IMG/VR virus record: IMGVR_UViG_3300021400_000154
Location: 32,001 to 96,000 of that record
Strand: one strand, 5' to 3'
From: a virus
Lineage: Duplodnaviria > Caudoviricetes
Length of the DNA: 64,000 nt
Part shown: one piece after another, positions 11,890 through 21,500 of the stretch
How the letters are laid out: every line of letters begins with the position of its first letter
How positions within the stretch are numbered: position 1 is the first letter of the stretch
Notes under the pieces: model-generated
Told to the model about the DNA's origin: nothing
Seen by the model: the letters and a program-made list of their open reading frames with translations, nothing else
Database searches by the model: none
Position numbers and translations under genes: made by a program

Positions 11890-12339
11890 ATGACGAACGT
11901 AACAGAGCTTGCGATGGAGCTTAAGGACATCGTTTCCTGGCAGAGAACGCCAGAAGAAATGGAAGATGCGGACTTTATCAAGATGATCCTGAATGGCATC
12001 AAAACCCTGTACATTGACACGGGCAGAGCGTCTCAATACTCCAAAGACATGATCGTATACCCTGAAGAAACAGAAGAGGAACCTGTGGATGACACAATCT
12101 GGTTCACGGTGGATCTTCCGATCGACGAGGAAAAGTATGTGCTGATTGTAGCGCAGATTGCGTTCTTTAAGAAGGTGCAGAGCGATGTGAACAACATTGT
12201 GTCCTACACCACGGACGCGCTGAGTGTTGCGAACGCAGACAAGCCTTACGCTCATCTTCAGGACACGATCGCGAATCTTGAGAACGAGCGCCGGATCATC
12301 TTTTACAAGATGGTCTCCTACTCGTTCTACTCTGTTTGA
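11890..12339 (+). CDS. head-tail connector/adaptor candidate
   Basis: AGGAGG RBS; position; C-terminal SYTTDALSV...LQDTIANLENER pattern. Confidence 0.55.
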   Translation: MTNVTELAMELKDIVSWQRTPEEMEDADFIKMILNGIKTLYIDTGRASQYSKDMIVYPEETEEEPVDDTIWFTVDLPIDEEKYVLIVAQIAFFKKVQSDVNNIVSYTTDALSVANADKPYAHLQDTIANLENERRIIFYKMVSYSFYSV

Positions 12340-12348
12340 GGTGAGAGC

Positions 12349-12687
12349 ATGAACGAAGACTTTACTGTCCGTACTGAATACTATAACAAGGCGATGGACG
12401 CACGGGAGATCAGGACGTATCCGTTCGAGTCTTATACGGATCATATATACAACGAACTGAAATCCCTCGTGCGGGATGTCGAGTCTGTGTTATCTTATCT
12501 TCAGAACTACAAAGATAAAGATAACTGGGATCCGGAAGCTCTGGAAGACTTCCAGACGATTCGGAAGAAGCTGCTGAACAATGCGAACAACATTGGCCGC
12601 CTCCCACAGACCCTGTGTTACAAAGGGGTTCCATGCGCCAATGTCAGCATGAGCGAAATCATTGCAAAAATCATTAACGACCAGTGA
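12349..12687 (+). CDS. hypothetical protein
   Basis: 112-aa ORF with GAGGTG RBS. Confidence 0.55.
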   Translation: MNEDFTVRTEYYNKAMDAREIRTYPFESYTDHIYNELKSLVRDVESVLSYLQNYKDKDNWDPEALEDFQTIRKKLLNNANNIGRLPQTLCYKGVPCANVSMSEIIAKIINDQ

Positions 12688-12705
12688 TGAAAGGAGCTGG
12701 CGCAA

Positions 12706-13440
12706 ATGTCAAAACCATATGTGCCAGCAGGCACGAAGACAAGGTTTTTCCGTCCGCCGACACTGGCGTAGGATTTTACGGAGTTTCTTGATGGGGACAT
12801 CCCGAACATGGTCATGGACTTTACGCTGTTGACCAACTGGTATGACCAGTTCAAGGAAGGCTACGAGCCGAAGATCATTCGCGGGGAGTTCTACACAGAG
12901 ACTGCCAAAAGTCGTTACACTAACACGGATAACAACGTAAACATCCGCTGTGATGTGGCCAGCGGCATCAAAAAAGGCGACATGGTGATCGCCAGTAACA
13001 ACAATGATGTGTATATCCTGGACTGGGAGATTACGCTGCAGAGCAATAACGCGCCTTCCCGAGCGCTCAGGTGCAACTTCGACCTGACGGTCAAAAGGCA
13101 TCATCCGGAGATTACGGATGACAGAGGCTATCTGCTCAAGGAGGAAGGCGACGATATCATTGTGGACGCGCTTCCTGCGAACGGATACTTCTACGACGGC
13201 AGAAACGCGAGATATCTTGCGTCCAACGGAACGCCTGGTGTTGCGCCCGAGGTGAACGCTCTGGTAACCGTGCAGTACAACGAGCAGACCAAGAACCTTC
13301 GAGTGGACGATGTGTTCAAATGGGGCGGCGACATCTACCAGATCACAGATATCTCTGTGGCAGGTTTGAACAGGGCTGGTACCAGCGGCTGTCTGAACCT
13401 ACAGACCATACAGAAACCGGGTGGCATCTATGACAAATAA
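12706..13440 (+). CDS. head-closure/neck protein candidate (1 in-frame TAG)
   Basis: AAGGAG RBS and ATG 12706; TAG 12769 (PPTLA*DF) in frame with ORF 12808. Confidence 0.65.
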
Positions 13441-13741
13441 CATGAACGGCCTGGTTGAGACAGTGAAGCGTTCTGTAAAAGACGCTGTATTCAAGAGAGT
13501 CAACGAGATGGCGAGATCTCTTCAAAGTAACCTTTTGTATGAGTTCCAGAACGATCTGGTTTTTGCAGGGCACTCAAAAGAGTTTGAACCGCTGTCCAGC
13601 ATTACGGTTTCTGTAGAAGAAAACGGAGATAACCAATATAAGCTTGTGATGGATATGAGCAACCTGAACGACAAACAGAAGGAACTGTTTGAGTTTTATT
13701 TCAAGAACGCAAAGTCACGCGTGTTAGGAGGTGATGCTTGA
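13430..13741 (+). CDS. neck/tail completion protein candidate
   Basis: ORF translationally coupled to its neighbours. Confidence 0.5.
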   Translation: MTNNMNGLVETVKRSVKDAVFKRVNEMARSLQSNLLYEFQNDLVFAGHSKEFEPLSSITVSVEENGDNQYKLVMDMSNLNDKQKELFEFYFKNAKSRVLGGDA

Positions 13742-14214
13742 TGCCGGCTACATGGATCCATGATTGGAACGAGATTATTCGTGATGTGATATATCCCGAC
13801 ACCGAGCTTCGCCGCCTGATGCGGCTGCCGAAGGGTACCGGCATTATCGAGTTCATCGATAAGTATTTTATGAGATCCGGTTATTCCAACCAGACGCTTG
13901 AGCATGAGGACGTTCGAATCGTCTATGGAGATACCGGCGCGCATGAAACAGAAGTCCCCAACGTGACGAAGAACGAAATGAGTTTCGATATCTATGTCAA
14001 GCAGGAGCACCTGCATAACGTCGGAAACGACAGGCTGCAATACAGGACACACCTGATTGCAGCGAGACTGATTGAGCTTTTGACCAAGCATGGTACAAGC
14101 GGCAAGTATTTAGGCGGGTATCGGTTCTGGGTCAAGAACGAGATGGATCTTGGCACACGAACGACAGGTTATGCACGGTACTGCGTCACGTTCTACTACA
14201 TGCGAGTATATTAA
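13741..14214 (+). CDS. tail terminator candidate
   Basis: Directly upstream of the tail tube genes; FDIYV...RTHLIAARLIELL pattern. Confidence 0.55.
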   Translation: MPATWIHDWNEIIRDVIYPDTELRRLMRLPKGTGIIEFIDKYFMRSGYSNQTLEHEDVRIVYGDTGAHETEVPNVTKNEMSFDIYVKQEHLHNVGNDRLQYRTHLIAARLIELLTKHGTSGKYLGGYRFWVKNEMDLGTRTTGYARYCVTFYYMRVY

Positions 14215-14228
14215 GGAGGCGACGTTTC

Positions 14229-15143
14229 ATGAGCACTTATGTTCCAGCCTGGAAAGGCTACATCGCAGACGTTCCGCAACTCTGGTTCAAGAGATGCGAT
14301 GGCAACGTCTATCACTTTGACGAGCTGACCCAGGCCAGCGTTCAGCCGGACACGAACACGATCGACATCAACGCCGGTCAGAGTCTTTATCCGGTGGCCT
14401 ATCTTCCCGGCCAGTCCACTATGACGATTGATGTCACCAGCGGACAGTTTGATGCTGATATGTTTGCGATGGCGAACAACGCGTAGTTTGAGGATGGGTC
14501 AATCGAGATCCCCGGCTCTGCTTCGGAAGCCATCGAAATGTATACGCAAGAGATTGCGCAAGGCATGACTGTTATGCACATCAAGCTGCACAACTTCCTG
14601 GCCTACAAGACGGCAAGCGTTCAATTTTCTCTTGATGGGGAGGACGTCGGTGACCCTATTGTTTGTTCTGACACACAGGACGCGGACAGCAAAACGAGCT
14701 TCAAAAATGCTGTCGCTCAGTTTTTCCCGCATGATCCAGGCCAGCAGATGGGAGTTATTATGCCTGAAACCGGTGATGATGTTGACATACAGATTAACTT
14801 CAACTCTGCTCCTTCTCTTCCGGAGATGCCAGCTGACGGTGGCACAATGGAGTAGGAAGGTCGTGTTTCCAGCGGCAAGGTCGCGAAGTTTGACAACAAG
14901 TCCGCTGCCGTCGGCGAGGCTGTTCTGAAGTGGCCTGTATATGCCAGCGGAGACGACTGTTCCGACTCTGCGATCAAGGGCTACCTGATCATGCACATGT
15001 ATCGTGCGCGGATTACGAGAATGCCTGGGTTTGACGATTCATACAAGAGCGCCTCCACGTTCCAGTTCCAGCTCTCTGCCATGGATGCGAAGCGCGATGA
15101 CGGGAAGATTTACGAGCTGGCGTATAAGGAAAACGATCTGTAA
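14229..15143 (+). CDS. tail tube protein paralogue 1 (2 in-frame TAGs)
   Basis: TAGs at 14484 and 14853; the read-through product ends DAKRDDGKIYELAYKENDL-TAA; N- and C-termini are collinear with the 15225 gene. Confidence 0.75.
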
Positions 15144-15224
15144 CAATATGATTGACTACACGAAGTCTGTAGGGGGACAGCGTGTTTTCAATATATACAA
15201 AAATAAACCAAAGGAGTGTTGCAT

Positions 15225-15992
15225 ATGCCTAATACATATGTGCCCGCCTACAAGGGCTACATTGCGGACGTGCCGCAGGTCTGGTTCAAGCGTTGCGATG
15301 GCGAAGTGTTCCACTATGACGAGATCACTCAGGCTTCCGTGAACCCACAGACTAACTTCACTGAAATCAACGCCGGTTGGTAGCTGTATCCCGTGGCTTA
15401 TCTGCCCGGTCAGTCCACCATGGAGATCTCCATGACATCTGGTCAGTTCAACGCCGATCTGTTCGCGATGGCGAACAAGACCAAGTTTAAGACGATTGGT
15501 CAGGATCCTCAGGACACCGAGAAGTATAGCACCTTCAAGACCGAGTCTCTGACTCCTGACGCCACCACTCACAAGGTGACCCTGGCCGAGACTCCTGTTG
15601 AAGGCACCGTTGCCATTCGTGGCCTGGAGCTGACCACTGACTTCACCGTGTCCGGCAAGGAAGTCACCTTCACCGATGATAAGATTGCCGGTCCCGTCGA
15701 GATCTCTTATGAGTATGAGGTGAATGGCGCCAACGTGATCAAGATTGACAACAAGTCTGCTGCTACCGGCGAGGCCGTCATGAAGTGGCCTGTGTACGGT
15801 GCTGGAGACGACTGCACCGACAGCGCTGTGAAGGGCTATGTGATTCTGCGGATGTACCGTTGCCGGGTCACCCAGATGCCTGGGTTCGACACCAGCTATA
15901 AGAGCGCGGCCACCAATGCCGTGACCTTCTCCGCTATGGACGCGAAGCGCGACGACGAGAAGATCTACGAGATCGCCTACATCGACGCCTAA
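15225..15992 (+). CDS. major tail tube protein paralogue 2 (1 in-frame TAG)
   Basis: AAGGAG RBS and ATG 15225; TAG 15381 (EINAGW*LYPVAYLPGQST); high-expression codon bias. Confidence 0.8.
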
Positions 15993-16049
15993 TCAACCAA
16001 ACATCGTTTCTTGTATTAAGGATAAATTATAAGGTTATGCAAGGAACTC

Positions 16050-16088
16050 AAGGGGTTGCTGCATAACGCAGCAGCCCCTTTTTTATTA
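16050..16088 (+). terminator. Rho-independent terminator
   Basis: AAGGGGTTGCTGC-ataac-GCAGCAGCCCCTT followed by TTTTATT. Confidence 0.75.
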
Positions 16089-16111
16089 CGTATAAGGAAA
16101 GAAGGATTTAT

Positions 16112-16959
16112 ATGCCAGTTATGAACAAAGATCTCCCGGAAGCGAAGGAGAATAATAAAAAGCTTCCTACGAAACGTGCTCTGAAGAAGGACATCCCTGA
16201 CGAGGCTGAACTGGACAAAGAAATACCGGAAGCCTCGGAGCTCGACAAAGAAATGCCGGAAGCTTCTCCGCTTGATAAGCCTCAGCCTCCGCTTGTAGAC
16301 CCGGAGAACATTATCCGGGTTGGCGACCAGGACATTGAAATCAAGCCGACGAAGCTGTTGTACCAGCGGAACAAGACCGCTGCAGCTTACCGGATTCTTG
16401 ATGTGTACCCTCTGCCTGACATCCTTGCGATGGATAAAGGCATCCTCGACCCGGAACGTGATGGCGATGCGATCGTATTTGACTTCCTGACCGCCGTGTT
16501 CGACGACGGCAAGTTGGTGGCCAAGTATTACGACACGATGGACTCTGAAACCATTTATCGTGCGGTTCAGATCTTCAAGCGGCTGAACCATATAGACGAT
16601 AAGGAAGAGGCCTCAAAAAACCGGGCAGCCAAGGGGACGAGCAAATAAGCCTTGACGAGGCTGTAGCGCTGGTTGCTGTCTACCTTGGCGAAGCTGATGA
16701 ATCGAAAATAAACGGAATGTCGATTCCGTTCTTCAATAATGTATTGGCGGCATTAGGCAAGCGCGTTAACTACGATGCCGTCGTGAACTATGCCGGTAAC
16801 TCTTTCGCGAAGGATTCATGGAAACTGATTCAAGAGGCGAACCCGTTGGTAAAGCCGAGGAAGATCAGTTCCGGTTTTATGGATCTGTTGAACAAGGCTG
16901 CGCCGAAGTCTGATGCTAAGACACAGCAGATGCTGAAAGAGATTGACTGGGCGAAATAA
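16112..16959 (+). CDS. tail assembly chaperone G (16112-16648) with -1 frameshift product GT (to 16959)
   Basis: Slippery heptamer A AAA AAC at 16615-16621; the -1 frame is open and runs into ORF 16717-16959; located between tail tube and tape measure. Confidence 0.75.
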
Positions 16960-16971
16960 GAGGTGATTCAT

Positions 16972-17199
16972 ATGAACCGTGCTTGTTTCTATTATGAGGC
17001 AATGATGCGCTCCTATGATAAGTTTGTGAATGGCGAGTGCAGCCAGGAGTCTTTTATCCTGGCTGCCAAAGCCTTTGCTGCTTTACGGGAGCCTAACCCA
17101 TTCAAACAGTGCGAGGACGAAAAGTTGTTCTCTCAGAATGCAGCGATCCGTCCTTAGGCTGATGCCAAACTTGTTACTGCCGTGAAGGAGGAGTATTGA
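16972..17199 (+). CDS. hypothetical protein (1 in-frame TAG)
   Basis: Read-through of TAG 17155 gives a TGA at 17197-17199 overlapping the next ATG (TGATG coupling). Confidence 0.6.
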
Positions 17200-17594
17200 T
17201 GAGTTATTTTGACGTGTTAAATAAAGCTTACGAGCTTGTGGTTGTTACTGATGAACTTACTGGTATTTCTTATCTACAGCCTTCGTACAAGATGCTGCTT
17301 CGTGATAATGAAGTGCATCTGCCAGATTATGATTCAATCGTGAACAATAATGATCCAGAACTTTGGGAGGCTGTGAAGCTTGAGGTTGAGAAGCGCAACG
17401 CCATGCTGAACTTCGTGAACCCTGTGGCTGAGTGGGTGTATTCTGCGATTGCTAACACGGTTGAGCCTGCGATGACGCAGGAGGAGAATGAGCTGCTAAA
17501 GAACGTGATGGAGTATCTGCAAGCGAAGAACGGGAAGAAGACGAGGACGAGGAAGAAGAAAGGCGCTCAAAGCGAGAGTACTCTGTCGCAGTGA
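17199..17594 (+). CDS. hypothetical protein
   Basis: AAGGAGGAG RBS; basic C-terminus. Confidence 0.6.
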   Translation: MSYFDVLNKAYELVVVTDELTGISYLQPSYKMLLRDNEVHLPDYDSIVNNNDPELWEAVKLEVEKRNAMLNFVNPVAEWVYSAIANTVEPAMTQEENELLKNVMEYLQAKNGKKTRTRKKKGAQSESTLSQ

Positions 17595-17627
17595 TTTTTT
17601 GTCGTAAGGCCAATACTGATAACGGCT

Positions 17628-18455
17628 TTAATGCAAATACATGTAAAACAATATATCTGGGCCGAACGCATATTTATCTATGGCTATGTTTTGCGAAGGA
17701 ACGAATACTTTTTTTACTGGACTTTTGTAGAAACAAAATTTAGCAATCGATGTTATGCTCGGTGGCAAGATTACAGTATGTAAATTTTCAAAACCGCAAA
17801 ACGCCTCCTCTTCGATTGTAAGGATTCCATTTCCAATGATCAAACAGGACAATTGTTCTGCATGCCCGTTTGGATACCAGGAAGGAACTTTATCGTCTAT
17901 CAGCTCATAAAAATTAAAAGATCTTCTCCCTATCGTTGTAATGTCCGTGCCGTTAATCGTACTAGGGACACAGAGAATCTCTTCGCCTGATAAATCTCCG
18001 TAGGTCAACTTATTTCCTGTTACTTTCCAAAACGTAGTTATTGTGTTTCCGTTCAGCAACGTACCGTTTGCTTTATAAGCGAAATGTAAAAGCAAATCAG
18101 AATATGACATAGAAATCCTTTTAGCGTCATATATTAGCCTATCTGACAACTTGAAGTATAAGCGTATTCTATGAATGCCATTTACACAATTATGAGATAT
18201 TAAATGCGCAGTTTGCTCAGTTCGCCCATTGGAAAAACGAGACGCTGCATCTGCAGAAATGGTATGAAAAGCATTCATATCTATATCCCTTTGTTTGGTG
18301 ATCATGTATTCACCAAACAACATATGCTGATATTGGTTGTTGCTTTTACTCGTCGAAACAGTATATTGTAATAAAGCTATTTGTTTGTATTCGGCATCGC
18401 TTATTTCGACTTCTGCAACAACACATCCGTCAATCATGAAACAGTTAATCTTCAT
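17628..18455 (-). CDS. moron: BspA-type leucine-rich-repeat protein
   Basis: AT-rich and antisense to the tail operon; LRR_5-like repeats TIEEEAF.GFENLHTVILPPSITSIAKFCF; no TAG; ends in TAA. Confidence 0.7.
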   Translation of the reverse strand: MKINCFMIDGCVVAEVEISDAEYKQIALLQYTVSTSKSNNQYQHMLFGEYMITKQRDIDMNAFHTISADAASRFSNGRTEQTAHLISHNCVNGIHRIRLYFKLSDRLIYDAKRISMSYSDLLLHFAYKANGTLLNGNTITTFWKVTGNKLTYGDLSGEEILCVPSTINGTDITTIGRRSFNFYELIDDKVPSWYPNGHAEQLSCLIIGNGILTIEEEAFCGFENLHTVILPPSITSIAKFCFYKSPVKKVFVPSQNIAIDKYAFGPDILFYMYLH

Positions 18456-18477
18456 GATAACACCCCCCTTATGTGGT

Positions 18478-18506
18478 TATATAACATAAGTTTGCCTTAC
18501 TGTCAA
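18478..18506 (-). promoter_or_regulatory. sigma70-type promoter of the moron
   Basis: TTGACA-N17-TATATA on the - strand, followed by an AAGGGGGGTG RBS. Confidence 0.65.
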
Positions 18507-18529
18507 CACTTCGAAAAGGAGGTAATAAT

Positions 18530-21500
18530 ATGCCGAATGATCAAGTAGTACTTGATGTCGTTTTTCAGCCTCAAGTAGAAAGCCTGATTCAATAGTTGCA
18601 TCAGGCATCACAAATTGCGTCAGATGACGTTCAAACAATGCTTACCGAATCAATAACTCAAGCTGGATTATTGGCGAAAGAATCTGAAGGCTTTTAGTCT
18701 CAAAGTATGCCTCAGGAATATGTTCAAATGGCACAATCTTTAATGAATGCCATGAATAAACAAGTTCAAGACATCATCGCACAGCTTAATAAGGCATCGC
18801 AAGATGCAACTTCTTCTGGGTTTGAGGATGGTATTATCCAAAGAATAAAGACTACAATAGGTTCGCTTACTGCGAACATTATAGATCAAACTTTTTCAGT
18901 TGGCGCTATGAAAAATATTGTTGGTCAGATAGCACCTGATATGGCACAGTCTTTTGCCCAAAACTACAGAGATTACTATTTGCAAGCAAGTAGACTTATG
19001 GCAAGGCAAGCCAAAAACCCAGCAACAAACGGCGAATGGATGAAGTACCTTGATTTAGATTCTGGCTTTGCCGCTGGTCAAAGAGCTATGATGCAACATT
19101 TTGGGTTGTCAGAAGCTCAAATGAGACTGATGCAAGAATCAGTAGTGCGCAGCCAGCCAAATCAAATACGTATCGATTACGCCAGAAATGCTGTTCGATA
19201 TTCAGGTGGGGCCATGAAGAAAGTTGGCGTGATCCCACAATATATGACATATCAAGAACGGCTACCTGCTTTTTATCAGGGCTTAAGCAACCAACCACAA
19301 ACAACAACGTTGTCCCCTGATGAAAGGCAGGCTTTACAAGCAGAAGTAAGTGATGAGCAATGGAAAACAATCAGAAGTATAGCCGCTAGCAACCCTTCTT
19401 TTGAAAAAGCTCTTATTATGGCTGGATTAGCCCAAAGAACAGTCCATAACAAAGCGGCAGGTTAGTTAGTTATGCCACAAAAGCCAGTAAGTACTGAATT
19501 GGTTGCAAGAGCGATTGGCCATTTACATAGAGATATAATGATTCCTTAGCTCGAGGGAGCGCCATCTAATTACAGAAAAATCACATAGACATCTGGTGAG
19601 GATCAGATGGCAATGGCAAATGCAGATTAGAAAACAGTGTTAGATATTATCGATGCGTTTCATAAACTTGCTCCATTGGGTATTTCTCCCGTATATGGTG
19701 ATGCTGTTACACGCCCATATAATCCACAGACTGGCGTTTCGCGTGTACGAGGTGCGAAATCTACTGCAGCTCCAGAAAGATATCAGATTATGAGTTTAAC
19801 ATGGGATGATTTCCAAAAAGGAGTTATGCTTGATCCACATGGCCCTGTTCAAAGCGAATATGAAGAAGGCGCAAGGGGCACATCGACAAACAAGATGATT
19901 CTTGAATCGGGTTTCACAAGAATGCTCGGCATGCATGGTAACAACACGTTCGGTAATGGAAGCAAAACAGATAATAGTTCGCCTTCTATAATACAAATTG
20001 ACTTGTAGGATCGATTATTAAAGAAACGTAAAGACGGAGAGTTAGAATGGGAAAATGGACACGTTGTTCAAGATGAAGATACTGCGAAGCTAATCGAGCG
20101 TATATTTACTATTCCGCAAGGCCATTCTCACCCGAGAGTTCAGTTTGGCCAAACTGGTATTCATTATGTTCCTACTAATGTGAAGAATGGCGTGATTACT
20201 CTTGGACGGGAAGATGCTGTTGAAAGTGCAATCAGCGATTCTATAAGACTGACAGGGCATAATGTGCTCGCTAATATGGTTGACCCGAATACTGTGTTCT
20301 AGACATATACTGATTTGAATAAACAAATCGAGGCATACAACAGAGACTTAACTCCGTCTGTGCCTATTGAAAGAATGGGCGGAAAGCTTCCTGATAAAAA
20401 TAGAATCGCATTTGTTGATCTGTCTTCGTTTACAGGGAAAAAAGATAGTAAGACTGGCCGTAATGACTATCACGATGGTTCATCCTTTTTTATGCCTGGC
20501 TTTATTCCAGGTGGCAATGCAACATACAGAATCGCCGGACAAAAGGGCACAGCTCAAACAGTTGATTTCCGTGCAATGATTAGAGATTTATACGGCGATG
20601 TTGATCATTTTTATTTGCCTGCATTGAATGCTCCGAAAGAATACAAAGATGCATTTAACCAGCATGGTATTGAAAAAGTTAGAGAAATGATGCAACAACG
20701 AGGAGAGTTGTAGAAATTCGAAGAATATTTCCTTGATGCGTTACAGTTTGATGCGCTTATATAGGACTCAGTCATTAAATCGCCTGCGTACAAAGGCTTG
20801 ACGAACGCACAGGCGCAAGATCTTTTTTATAAAACAAAAGAAACCCCTATGGGTATGGGCATTGTACAAACAGCAAGCCAGTTTTTGACAAAAGGGAAAC
20901 TTTCTCTTGGCAGACAGTTATCTCAGCATTTAGACTTAACACCAGAGCAGATAGCAGAAAACAGAGAGTTGTGGGAGAACTATATAAATATGCTCAGATA
21001 TAGGCCAGAAGAGACTGCAAAGAGGTTGTTTTCAAATCCTAACAATTCTTTGGATTCTAAGATAATGGCTAACCCTGGATTAATGTGGGATGACCCAGAA
21101 GCAAGGTAGATTGTGCTAAACGAAATATCTAAAGCTATGATTTCTATGGCGAACGGAGAATTGTTTTAGGATGGATTATCGCCTTCTGCTCTGGCCGCAG
21201 CGAACCCAGCAAAGATATTAATGGATGCAGCCAGCAGAAATGGCCTTAAGATACAGAATCCATTACTTGCGCGAAGGCTTACACTTGGAACTGGTAAACT
21301 TGCTGCAGGATTCTTGGATGATGACGAGATAGCAGTTGGAAGATGGCCAATGACACCTGGAGAACAATATAGTGCCCAACTATAGAAAGATTACTTGGAG
21401 GCTGGAAGAAAGTACGGGCTCGCAGATGACGTTTTTTATACTGATGCCGGATTTATCGGAGCAATGGGAGGCGGAGATGTCGACGGCGACACGATCCAGG

